Shown here one piece after another: positions 5,701 through 14,500 of a stretch of DNA of 21,076 nucleotides. The position numbers and the translations under genes were made by a program. Below the pieces are notes generated by a model. The model was not told the DNA's origin. It searched no databases and was given only the letters and a program-made list of their open reading frames with translations. Position 1 is the stretch's first letter; every line of letters starts with the position of its first letter. The DNA lies in contig JANNXA010000006.1 in NCBI GenBank assembly GCA_031409275.1, positions 1 through 21,076 on the forward strand, read 5' to 3'. This stretch comes from Planctomycetota bacterium (lineage in GTDB: Bacteria > Planctomycetota > B15-G4 > SIAN01).

Positions 5701-8540
5701 CGCACGCGACCTTGCTGGCTCGTCCCCTCGATCGCCTCGATCACGCCGCGCGCCGGGTCGATGCGGAAGTCGCGGCCGCGGCAGTCGACGGGCGCGAGCG
5801 CCAGCGGCGCGGCGCCGCCCGAACGCCCGAGCGCCTCGTGCTTGAACCCGGTGATCTCGCCGCCGAACAGCCCGCAACTGCCGTAGATCCAGCCGTCGAG
5901 CCCCCACGAGAGCGAGTTGACGCGCGCCTGGTAGTTCTCCGTCGAGAAGCCGGTGAAGAGCACCTGCCTCACGTCGGCGCGACCGTCGCCGTCGCTGTCT
6001 TTCGCGTAGATGACGTCGGGCGCTGCGCAGATCAACGCGCCGCCCCTCCACGCCATGACTCCGGTCGGGAACGGCAACCCCTCCACGAAGACGCCACTCG
6101 CCTCGTAGCGTCCATCGCCGTCACGATCGCAGAGCCACGTCACGCGGCCACCCGGCGCGTAGTTGCCGTCGAGCCCGGTCGGGTAGTCGTTCATCTCGCA
6201 GACGTAGACGGTGCCGTCGGCCGCGAAGTCGATCGCGACCGGGCTTTGCACTTTCGGTTCGCATGCGACCAGTTCGATGGCGAGATCGTCGCGCGACAGC
6301 TCGAAGTGGCGCTGCGAATCAGCGGCGCTCTTCGCACTCGGAAAGCGCGGATCGTCCTCCACTGCCGCGAAGCCGTCGGGCAGCAGGCGATGGACCGCGG
6401 CCACGAGGAGCGCCTCGACGCCGCTCGCCAACGGGCCGGGCCGCCCGTAGTAGGTCATCGCGCCCCCCGCTTCGTAGCCGCCTTCGCGCAGGATGCGCTC
6501 GCTCGGGATGTAGCACGGCACGTCGTTGCTGTAGGCACTGATCCAGAGACGCTCGCGGTCGAGCTCGCGCTTCAATCGCAGCGAGTAGTCGACCACCACT
6601 TCGCCCGGCAGGTAAAGCTGCGCGAGCGCGTCGCCCCATCGCCACACCTGCACCGAGTAGGGCAGCGCCGTCGGCAGCGTCTCGCCCCGATCCAGCCGCG
6701 CGAGCCACTGCGCCGCATGGAAGCCGATCGCCCCGCCCGCCTTGACGCGAGCCTCCCACTCGGCGCGCGCCGGGAGCGGCGCATACGGCAACTCGAAGCG
6801 CTCGATCGCGACGGTCGGCGCACCGCCGTCGCGCAACAGCGGCACCAACGGCCCTGCCAGCAACCGCTCGACTTCGTCGGCGACGCTCTTGCCGTGGCGT
6901 TGCGCGACCCGCAGGTCGGCGGTCGGGCCATCGAGCGGATTGGAGTCGGCACCGCAGCCGATGACGGTCAACGCCACCGCGTCCGCGTGGGTCGCCTCGA
7001 TCGCTTCCGACGCGTAGCCGGCCCAATCACCGCAATGCTGGTTCACCGCGCCGTTGCAGGTGGTGCAGTGGCAGGCGTAGTTCTGCAGCGTGGCGAGCAA
7101 CGAGCCGTCGGTGCGGAACGCGGCCAGCAGCGGCAGCGAGTGGTCGACCGGCCCGCCGACGTTGCGACGGTTGCGCGCGAAGGTGACGCTTCCCTCGCTC
7201 CAGGCAAGTTGCGCCGGCACGCGCGCCGCGACCGCCGCGAGCGCCGCCTCCTCCATGCGATCGACCAGCCAGGCGCTGTAGCGCTCGATCCGCTGCCACT
7301 GATCGGCGGGGATCGGCCGCCCGAACATGCAGTCGATGCCGCCGTCGAGCACCGGCGTCGTATGGGAGTGGGTGACGCTCAGCGTGAATCGCTCGCGCGC
7401 GAGTCCGACCTTCGCCGCCAGCCGCGTCGCCACGGCATCGGTCATTCGTTGCGGCACCGCCGTGTTGTCGAGCGCAAGCTGTACGGCGAGCTCCGGCCCA
7501 TCGCCGATGGCCAACGCGCGCACGAAGAGCGGCTGCGCCGCGCTCGTCGCTTCCAGCTCGCGCGAGGCGTAGCCGCAGAGGCGGATCGGGAAGTCGGGAG
7601 TCACGTCGACCTTCGCGGCACCGACCGGCACGGTGGGCCGCCAGAGGTCGGCGAGCCCACCCGGCAACGCATGCAGCGCAGCGACTTCGGTGTCGCTCAA
7701 CGCGCGCTCGAACCAGGCGACCTCGTCCATCCAGCCCACGTAGTTGAGCCCCAGCACCACTCGCTGGTCCGGCACGTTCCAGGTCCACGTCTGCGTGCGC
7801 GGCGCCAGCGTCGCAGCGAGCGTTCCGTCGAGGTACATCCGCGCGACGCCATCGGCCGCGCCGCTGTTGAAGCGTTCGAACGCCAGAACCACATGCGTCC
7901 AGCGCTCGCCGAAGAAGTCGTCCGCCGCGACCTGCGCCAGAGACTTCTCCGCGAAGGCGAGCGCCTCCCAAGGCTTGCTCGAGGGGTTCCAGACCGCGTG
8001 GTCGGCGTAGGCGCCCATGCGAAAGTGGCGGAAGTCGGCTCGCTTCTCGAATTCGCAGAAGAGGCCGGCGTCGTTCCAATCCTTCGCGGTGACGGTGATC
8101 GGGTCGCAGAAGCCCTCCGGCAGCTCGCCCTGCGGCGCGGCGCGCAGCCAGAAGGAGAGCGTCCCGCTCCAGTCGCGCGCGCGCCACGGCGTATTGCCCT
8201 CGCCGTGGAAGAAGAGCAGCTCGTCGGTGCGGCGATGGAAGCGCAGCGCCTGCCCGCGCAACGCGCCGCGCCGCTCGCGTGTGACCGCGCCGCTCTCGAC
8301 GAGGCCGGGTTCGCCCACCCGCGGCGGCCCCCAACTCGCTCCGTGGTGGAGACGGCCATCGCCGCGCGCGACGTCGGCGTCGAGCCCCGCATCGAAGGTC
8401 GCCGCGAACGTGAGCGACTCGCGCAACGCCGTGCGGACCGGAGCCGCTTGAGCCGCGGCCCGCTCGCCACGACCTGCGATCACGAGCAACGACGCGAGAG
8501 CTGCCGAGTTGGCGACGCGCAGGGCCTTGGGCCACTTCAT
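2739..8540 (-). CDS. Giant secreted fusion (~1933 aa): LamG-like jelly-roll + neutral/alkaline ceramidase-like domain + PVC-type membrane-bound dehydrogenase beta-propeller + HEAT-like repeats + cytochrome c (CxxCH) + extra C-terminal domain
   Basis: Signal peptide MKWPKALRVANSAALASLLVIAG with GGGAG upstream. LamG-like: GTLSFWL...WTHVVL...MYLDG...YVGWMDEVAWFERALSDTEVAAL. Ceramidase-like: GAAKVDVTP...LCGYASR...THSHTTP...NYACHCT...GEVVVDYSLRLK...YIPSERILREGGYE. TIGR02604-like: ELVACEPKVQSPVAIDF...GLPFPTG...WGLDGWIY...WFRPV...GPDGALWIVDMYR. Heme domain: CASCH at 3615-3629, then VGPDL and SLMPDGLE. Confidence 0.92.
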   Translation of the reverse strand: MKWPKALRVANSAALASLLVIAGRGERAAAQAAPVRTALRESLTFAATFDAGLDADVARGDGRLHHGASWGPPRVGEPGLVESGAVTRERRGALRGQALRFHRRTDELLFFHGEGNTPWRARDWSGTLSFWLRAAPQGELPEGFCDPITVTAKDWNDAGLFCEFEKRADFRHFRMGAYADHAVWNPSSKPWEALAFAEKSLAQVAADDFFGERWTHVVLAFERFNSGAADGVARMYLDGTLAATLAPRTQTWTWNVPDQRVVLGLNYVGWMDEVAWFERALSDTEVAALHALPGGLADLWRPTVPVGAAKVDVTPDFPIRLCGYASRELEATSAAQPLFVRALAIGDGPELAVQLALDNTAVPQRMTDAVATRLAAKVGLARERFTLSVTHSHTTPVLDGGIDCMFGRPIPADQWQRIERYSAWLVDRMEEAALAAVAARVPAQLAWSEGSVTFARNRRNVGGPVDHSLPLLAAFRTDGSLLATLQNYACHCTTCNGAVNQHCGDWAGYASEAIEATHADAVALTVIGCGADSNPLDGPTADLRVAQRHGKSVADEVERLLAGPLVPLLRDGGAPTVAIERFELPYAPLPARAEWEARVKAGGAIGFHAAQWLARLDRGETLPTALPYSVQVWRWGDALAQLYLPGEVVVDYSLRLKRELDRERLWISAYSNDVPCYIPSERILREGGYEAGGAMTYYGRPGPLASGVEALLVAAVHRLLPDGFAAVEDDPRFPSAKSAADSQRHFELSRDDLAIELVACEPKVQSPVAIDFAADGTVYVCEMNDYPTGLDGNYAPGGRVTWLCDRDGDGRYEASGVFVEGLPFPTGVMAWRGGALICAAPDVIYAKDSDGDGRADVRQVLFTGFSTENYQARVNSLSWGLDGWIYGSCGLFGGEITGFKHEALGRSGGAAPLALAPVDCRGRDFRIDPARGVIEAIEGTSQQGRVRDDFGRWFGCDSSWLLFQFPLADHVLRRNPFVAPLDPRWNVLADADPRGLFQISTVLERFNDAGDASRVTAACGLGIYRDTWLGAEFQGNAFTCEPVANVVRRTVLDRDGSCATGRRAPEEQQREFLASRDPWFRPVQATTGPDGALWIVDMYRFVIEHPRWIPAAKLAQLDVRAGATMGRLWRVVKKGAPLRKVADLAATGVSELREALVADNGVVRDLAHRELLAKVTKSERGASDSFGARAAAQLATKQRARTPAAKVQEAWCFEQLGWLAEDDVSDLLALNQLPDVRAACMPLAERWLVALTEESSAANDVGGSMAPPVPVTEWSVWTPANWKELDTSLPDGAAPRASFEPTRAERLASVMALGECKTRLAGTLLGEAIVAYADDPWIRAAAISAAPIHAAALLEALLAVMERTSAQQQALDAVVTTAGALPPESHHEKLHVLDALVGHDDAAASEVWRWRAVAPLLQGMESHGELADEHWFVDSCARDDSRRLAAGGFALDERLTEMLGAAVEALKRDEIDAPTATAALALFFRQGGAAPLDQGGLDLLDPLARFLDPTQPVDVGHAVLDAFARRTDLPLQGLLLEALPRMLPQLCSQALALLLSRAEWRVDLVAALESGAVSRTLLDAAAREQLLHVDDAGLRERVGKLLAPAGTPKRAQVIAQFQPALQLRGDLGRGRERFAKLCASCHSFRGTGFGVGPDLAALGDRSAPRLLESILDPNAAVNGEYVNYRVVLHDGSDLSGLIRGESSGGFTLLQANDMKRVLARRDVKEVKASKLSLMPDGLEEGLAAQDLADLIAWLQSGPIALGTMNPEQIAAARAELAARPLNGFARLLARFDDFQQPSWLGVVPMHYCRQLDGTGSVRWRTGAAEPLAGDASRVRLRFAAAMGLCSQPGAGFTLALDGKEWLGFEAIRTDARWRSADGDVELDFECRAANSEDATGIMTLTLPAALLPVGHSVELQVTGRAANSLRWFGVLVP

Positions 8541-8573
8541 CACGCACTCCCTACGACGCCGATGCGCACGACC

Positions 8574-8603
8574 TTGGACGGCCGAATCGAGGAGGCGTAC
8601 ACT
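8574..8603 (+). promoter_or_regulatory. Candidate sigma-70 promoter for the FHA gene
   Basis: TTGGAC (8574-8579), an 18-nt spacer, then TACACT (8598-8603), in the divergent intergenic region ~75 nt upstream of ATG 8681. Confidence 0.35.
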
Positions 8604-8680
8604 CCCGCCCTCCTGCGAAGGCGTCAACTGTCGTCCCCCGTGAAGTGCTGCGCGCCGCGCCCTGCGCCCCGGAACCTGCG

Positions 8681-9565
8681 ATGACCGAGCAAGACCTCGC
8701 CGCCGCCCTCGAGATCATCAAAGGATCGGAGAGTGGCCGACGTCTGCCTCTGTCGGCCGGCACCACGACGCTCGGCCGCGTCGCTGGCAACACCCACGTG
8801 GTCGTCGACTCGACCGTCTCGCGCCAGCACGCCAAGGTCTTCACGCGCGACGGCCGCCACTGGATCGCCGACCAGAACTCGAGCCACGGCACCTTCGTGA
8901 ATGGCGCGAAGATCACGCTGCAGACGCTCGCCGATGGCGACGAAGTGCGTCTGGGCACCACGGTGATGCGCTACGTCGCGACGCAAAAGCAGGTGCCGGC
9001 GGCCCCGCCCGCTGCGCCGGCGCTCTTTCCTGCGGAAGCGCCCACCGGCTCCTTCGAGCTCGAACTCCCCGACGCGGAGGAGCTCGCGCCGCGCAAGCCC
9101 GCGGCCACCGGTCCGGTCCCGCCAAGCCAGCTTCCACCACCCGCTCGCGAGCTGCGCGCGCTCACCGAGGCGGGCGAAGATCCCTTCGCCGACGAGGCGA
9201 AACCGGCCGCGAACAGCGCCCCTTCGATCGAGCTGCGCGGCGAGACGGCGCGCCACTTCGCCTCGCGATCGAGCGGGCAGCCGGTGCCGGCCGCTTCACC
9301 GAAGGCGCAGACCGCTCACGTCCCACCGCCGATCGCCAAGCCGCCGCGCTCCCGCGGCCCGTTCTCCTTCGTGCGAGACGAGCTCGATCAGCGCGGGCCC
9401 GCCGCCCGCATCGTGGCGCTGCTCTTCGCGATCGGCGCGGCGGCGCTGCTCTTCTGGCTCACGCTGCGCGCCTTCGACCTCGCGCCGAAGCACGCACCCG
9501 ATGCCACCCTCGAAGAGGAAGCTCCAAGCGGCCCGTCGCGCCCGATCCTGCCGACCCGCCGCTGA
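8681..9565 (+). CDS. FHA domain-containing membrane protein (~294 aa)
   Basis: N-terminal FHA motifs: TTLGR...VSRQHAKV...WIADQNSSHGTFVNG...LADGDEVRLG. Then a Pro/Ala-rich linker and a C-terminal TM helix IVALLFAIGAAALLFWLTL. ATG 8681 is preferred over the track's 8645. Confidence 0.9.
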   Translation: MTEQDLAAALEIIKGSESGRRLPLSAGTTTLGRVAGNTHVVVDSTVSRQHAKVFTRDGRHWIADQNSSHGTFVNGAKITLQTLADGDEVRLGTTVMRYVATQKQVPAAPPAAPALFPAEAPTGSFELELPDAEELAPRKPAATGPVPPSQLPPPARELRALTEAGEDPFADEAKPAANSAPSIELRGETARHFASRSSGQPVPAASPKAQTAHVPPPIAKPPRSRGPFSFVRDELDQRGPAARIVALLFAIGAAALLFWLTLRAFDLAPKHAPDATLEEEAPSGPSRPILPTRR

Positions 9566-9592
9566 GCCCACCACGGAGAGTGCCGCGCGGCC

Positions 9593-11545
9593 TCACTTGC
9601 GAAGCATCTTCGCGGAACCGTGTTCACCGAGGCATCGCGCTCGCACGACGATGGAGTGCGTGCCGGGCGGCACGACCACGCCGCACAGATGGCCGAAGGC
9701 CGGCGCGATCGAAACGGCAACGCCATCGAGCTCCGCTTCGAAGAGGCGATGCCAGCGCCCCAGATCGCCCGTGACCCAACGCAGCGGATCGGCCACGCGC
9801 AGATAACTGCCGGCGACGACCAGGAACGCCATTCGATCGACCGCGACCGTCGCTCGAACCTGCGGATCGAAGAGTCGTGACGACGTCGAATCGTTCACGG
9901 CGTCTTCGACCGGTTCGAGCGACCATTCGAGCGTCGATGTCGGCAGGTGATCGCCGAGTCCCTCGACTCGTTGTTCCACGAGCACATGCTCCTGCGGATC
10001 GACGAGTTGCCGCACGCGTTCAAGGAGAGCCTCCTCGAACGCGAGGTCCGCGAACACGTCACCATCGAGCGGCCGCGACACGACCTCCACTCCGCCGGCG
10101 AGGAACACCGGCGGCAAGGGACGACGAAGACCGAGCGGCGCGTCCGTCGCGCGGGCGATGAACCGCTCTCCGTCCCACTCGAACGGAACGCGCGCGGCGC
10201 CCGGCACCTCCTCCAACGGCACCATCGAGAAGTAGCCGGTGGCCGTGCATAGGGCCGCGTCGTTTGGCGGCGGAACGAGCATGGCACGGGTGAGCGCGGG
10301 CTGCAGCGAAAGCACGACGTCGTGCAGGTATGCCGGTGCGTTGATGTAGCGGATGCGATCGAGGTCCTTCAGGGAGGGAGCCGCGGCACGCACGCCCTCC
10401 GCGACCTGGCGTGCTTCTCGATTGGCGCTCGCCAACGCGTCGAGACGCGACTCGGCCTGCGTGAAGAGAATCGCCGCGAGAGCGATGACGCTGCCGGCGC
10501 GGGCCACCACGACGACCCTGCGACTCGGGCGACCCGATCGGCACGCCAGCCGCAAGAGCCCCTCGGGCACGGCCGCCGCGAAGAGCAACGCCGAAAGCGC
10601 GTGGGCGAGCAGCGCGTAGCGATCCGTGTGGCCGACAACGGCGAACGGAAAGCAGGTGGCGACCGTCAGCAAAGCGAGGAATCGACACTGCCGCGTCCGC
10701 CACGCTCCCAGCGCGATGAGGAGCCACGCGATCCACGAGATCCACGGCGCGCCGGTCAGCAGATCACCACCGAGGCCACCCTCGAGGTAGTGAGGGACCA
10801 CGTTGCGCACACATGCCCACAGGGATCGCAGCGAGAGTCGCTCGGAACGGTCAGCCGCAACTCCGCCGACTTCGAGCCAGTGCAGATGGATGAAAACCAG
10901 CAGCGCGACCGGCAGCAGCAGGAGGAGCGCATGTCGGCGACGCACGGCAAGGCTCGGCGGCACCAAGCAGAGCAACGGCGGCAAGAGCGCGAGCGGCCAT
11001 GGAGCCTCGCTGCTGGCCAGGCCCATCACCATCCAAACCAATCCGCGCCACGCGAAGCCCCCCCCCCCCGCGCGCGAAGAGCGGATGAACTCCGTGGCTG
11101 CCAGCAACGTGAATCCAACGCCGAGTGACCACGAGGCGGCGACGGGCCACGCCGCGGTGGTGACATTGGGCGGCGCCAACAAGAAGAGCAGCACCCCACC
11201 CGCAACGGTGCGACGCGGGAGCGCAATCGAGCGCCCGAAGCGGGCCAGCGCGAATGCCGCGAAGGCGAAGGCTGCCAGCGCCAACGCTCGCAGCCCCACG
11301 TCGTTTCCGCCGGCGAGCCGATCGACGCCCGAATGCAGCAGGTGAAACAGCGGGCGCCAGAAGGAGTTGATCACTTCCGACTGCGACGGCAGGAAGAGCT
11401 CGGCGGTGGAGAGCAGTCGTGTCTTTGCGCGGATCGGGTAGCTGTCCAGCAGCGTCGGCTCGAACAGGAAGCGGCCAGGCAACGCAGCGATCGCCACCAC
11501 GACCAGCAGGCCGAGCGAAAGCCGAAAGCGGTTCTGTCGTGTCAT
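9593..11545 (-). CDS. Polytopic membrane protein, GT-C-fold (PMT/ArnT/YfhO-like) glycosyltransferase candidate (~650 aa)
   Basis: ATG 11545 overlaps the helicase TGA (ATGA). A first TM is followed by a loop with LLDSY and FWRPL, then many hydrophobic segments and DRYALL. The C-terminus is YfhO-like: FLVVAGSY...AELDGVAVSIAPAFGHLCGVVVPPGTHSIVV. The family assignment comes from motif resemblance only. Confidence 0.65.
   Translation of the reverse strand: MTRQNRFRLSLGLLVVVAIAALPGRFLFEPTLLDSYPIRAKTRLLSTAELFLPSQSEVINSFWRPLFHLLHSGVDRLAGGNDVGLRALALAAFAFAAFALARFGRSIALPRRTVAGGVLLFLLAPPNVTTAAWPVAASWSLGVGFTLLAATEFIRSSRAGGGGFAWRGLVWMVMGLASSEAPWPLALLPPLLCLVPPSLAVRRRHALLLLLPVALLVFIHLHWLEVGGVAADRSERLSLRSLWACVRNVVPHYLEGGLGGDLLTGAPWISWIAWLLIALGAWRTRQCRFLALLTVATCFPFAVVGHTDRYALLAHALSALLFAAAVPEGLLRLACRSGRPSRRVVVVARAGSVIALAAILFTQAESRLDALASANREARQVAEGVRAAAPSLKDLDRIRYINAPAYLHDVVLSLQPALTRAMLVPPPNDAALCTATGYFSMVPLEEVPGAARVPFEWDGERFIARATDAPLGLRRPLPPVFLAGGVEVVSRPLDGDVFADLAFEEALLERVRQLVDPQEHVLVEQRVEGLGDHLPTSTLEWSLEPVEDAVNDSTSSRLFDPQVRATVAVDRMAFLVVAGSYLRVADPLRWVTGDLGRWHRLFEAELDGVAVSIAPAFGHLCGVVVPPGTHSIVVRARCLGEHGSAKMLRK
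11058..11069 (-). repeat. Homopolymer G12 tract (C12 on +) inside the membrane glycosyltransferase-like CDS
   Basis: The + strand reads gaag-cccccccccccc-gcgcg. On the minus strand it reads GCG GGG GGG GGG GGC (A-G-G-G-G), currently in frame. Confidence 0.9.
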
Positions 11546-14500
11546 CGCGGCGCGGGTCGCACGACATCCTCCGTCAGCTCGCAGCGCCCCGCGGCGGCGA
11601 GGTCGACCAGCGTCGCGCGAAGTAGCGCGCGCGTCTTCGACTGGACCGACCTGAAGCCCAGCAGGCGCGCCGCTGCGGCAGCCACGTCGTCGGCCGCGCC
11701 GCCACCGCCGGCGGCCAGAACGTGGAGCAGCGCGTTGGCACGCTCCTCGGGCGCGATCTGCTCGGCAGGACGGGGCGCCTCTTCTGGCGCGGCCCGGCGC
11801 ACGAGCGTCCACGCCTGCGGATCGATCGCGGCGGACCAGACGAACTCGCCGCGCCGCTGCAGCCGACCCGCGGTCGCCAACGCGGCGAGGCGCGCCTCGA
11901 GCTGCTCCTCGATGGCGCCGCTCATCCGGCTGATGCCGAGGCAGCGAGCGGCTCGCTGCAGCAACGGCTTCTCGTGGAGTGGCGCTTCGGCATCGACGAT
12001 CCGCAGCAGCAACTCCTCCAGACGTAGCGCCGCGCCCGGATCGTCGAGGTCGGCGCGCGTGCCCGCGACGACAACTTCGAACGAGCGGTAGAGCGGCGGC
12101 TCGGCGCCCGCCGGCACGCCCGCAGCAGCAGCGGACACCGTCGACGCGGGCTCCACCACCGGCGGCGCGGGGAGCGGTGCCGACGCGACCACGCTTGCCC
12201 TCGTCGTGGGCGACGCCGATGCGCTCGCCGCGCGCTCCTGCGCCGCCTTCGCCGACTCCGCCTCGTGCTCCGCCTTCTCGACCGATTCACGCGCCTCGCG
12301 CAGCGCAGCCTCGACGCGCTCGATCTCCTGCACGCGCCGCTCGCTCCAGTCGGAGGACCAGATGCGATGGATGCGCCAACCCAGCCCCTCCAGCACCGAC
12401 TGGCGCAAGCGGTCGCGATCGCGCGCGGTCGCACCGGAGTGGTAGGCGGCGCCGTCGCATTCGATGCCAAGCCAATGCGAGCCCGGCCGCTGCGGATCGC
12501 GGATCGCGAGGTCGATGCGGTAGCCCGAACAGCCCACCTGCAAGTCGACGTGATGGCCGCGCTCCTCCAGCGCGCGCGCCACGTCGCGCTCGAGCTCCGA
12601 CTCGCAGGCGGACTCCGCGTCGACGACAACCGCCGCCGCCAGCGCGATCGCTCCGCGCTGCGCGTAGTCGAGGTAGTCGCGCAGATGGCGCACGCCTGGC
12701 GCAGCGCTGCGCGAGAGGTCGATCTCGTCGGCGCGCAGCGAAGAGAAGACCACCAGCCGCTCCCGCGCGCGCGTGATGGCGACGTTCAGCCGCCGCTCGC
12801 CGCCGCGCTTGTTCAGCGGGCCGAAGTTCATCGACAAGCGCCCCTGCGCGTCCTTCCCGTAGGTGATCGAGAAGAGCATCGTGTCGCGCTCGTCGCCCTG
12901 CACGTTCTCCAGGTTCTTGATGAAGAGCGGCTCGCCGCGCGCGCCACCTTCGGCGAACGGCTGCAGTTCCTGCCGTTCGAGCAGCGCGGCGTCGAGCAGG
13001 TCCTCGATCAGCTGCTGCTGTGGCTGGTTGAAGGTGACCACGCCGATCGATTGATCGCGACGCTGCGGATCGGACAGGGCGGCGACGATCCACTCGACGA
13101 TCGCCCGCGCTTCGGCTTCGTTGGTGCGCCGTCCCGCCTTGTCGTAGGTGCCGCCGACGGCGACCAACGAGACGCCGAGTCCTTGCGCGCGGCCAAAAGC
13201 CGCTGGAAAGGTGTGAAGGCGGCTGCCGTAGTAGTGGCGGTTGCTGAAGGCGATGAGGCTCTCGTCGCGACTGCGGTAGTGCCAGCGCAGCGGCAGCGAC
13301 GGCACCCCGGCCGCCTGCGCCTCTTCGAGGATGCTCTCGAGGTCGCGCACGAGCCCACCATCGGGGGCATCCGCCGCGACCTCTTCCTCCTCGTCGTCGG
13401 CCAGCGCCCGCTCGAAGAATGCGGTGGGCGGCAGCTGCTTGTCGTCGCCGACCACGACCACGTGGCGACCGCGGGCCAACGCGCCGATGGCGTCGTGCGT
13501 CGGGATCTGCGACGCCTCATCGAAGATCACCAGGTCGAAGAGCTCGCGCGAAACCGGCAGGTATTGCGCAATCGACTGCGGGCTCATCAGCAGGCACGGC
13601 TTGAGCTGCGCCAGCAGCGTCGGGATCTCGGAGAGGAGCCAGCGCACCGACTTCTGGCGCCGCTTCTTCTTCGCCTCGCGCTGCAGCGCCTCCACTTCCG
13701 ATCCGGAGAAGCCGGCGTCGGCGCGCAGCGTCCGGCGAGCCCCCCACTCGGCGACCACGCGTCGCCCTCCCGCGGCGATCAAGCGCGCATCTTCGACTCG
13801 GAACTGCAGCGCGCGTGCGTGGTGGCGCGAACCGTCGAAGTCGCGCAGCGCGGGTGCGGCGCCGATCGCATGTTCCGTCACCGTCGTGAAGAAGGCGCGC
13901 TCGAACGCGGCGGGTGCGCTGGCAGGCGGAAGTTCATCGCGGCGCACCGCATCGACGATTGGCGCGAGTTCGAGCGCGCGCGCGGCCCCTTCGGCACGCA
14001 CCAGGCGCGCGTGGGCGCGCAGCTCGGGCAATCGCGCGAGCCAGAGCTCGGCGGTCGAGCGCGCGAAGCTGAAGCCGTCGCGGGCGCTCGCGAGCCCGGC
14101 GCTCCACGAAGGCGCGACCGCGATCGCCGTCACCAGCGCCGCCAGCGCCGATTCGAAGCGGGTGAGCGCGCCCTCGAGGGCGGTGGCCGTCGCGTCGGGC
14201 GTCGAACCCAACGCGCGCATCGCCGGCGGCGTCGTGATCCCGGCCGCATTCCACTGCGGCACGAGCGCGCGCCAACGATCGAGGAAGTCGGCGACCTGCT
14301 GCAGCGCCGCGGGCTCTGTCGCGACGCCGCGCGCCGCAGCCCCAACCGTCGCTTCGAGGAACGCCGCTTCATCGGCGAATCGTCGGGCGCGCGCGACCAC
14401 GGCGAGCGCTCCCGCGAGGTCGGCGCGCGTGACCTCGACGGTCGGCGCCTTGCCGCGCAACGCGGGCGTCAACGTCGACCAGGCGCCGCGCAGCTTGAAC

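Noticed and set aside
4962..8684. 1240-aa + strand ORF
   Set aside because: It is the antisense shadow of the motif-rich minus-strand giant. The translation is Arg/Ala-rich with no recognisable motifs, as expected in high-GC DNA.
9593..11545. Apparent lower GC in the membrane glycosyltransferase-like gene, suggesting horizontal transfer
   Set aside because: The difference by eye is mild and could reflect hydrophobic amino-acid composition. No flanking repeats, integrase or tRNA are present, and a computed profile would be needed.
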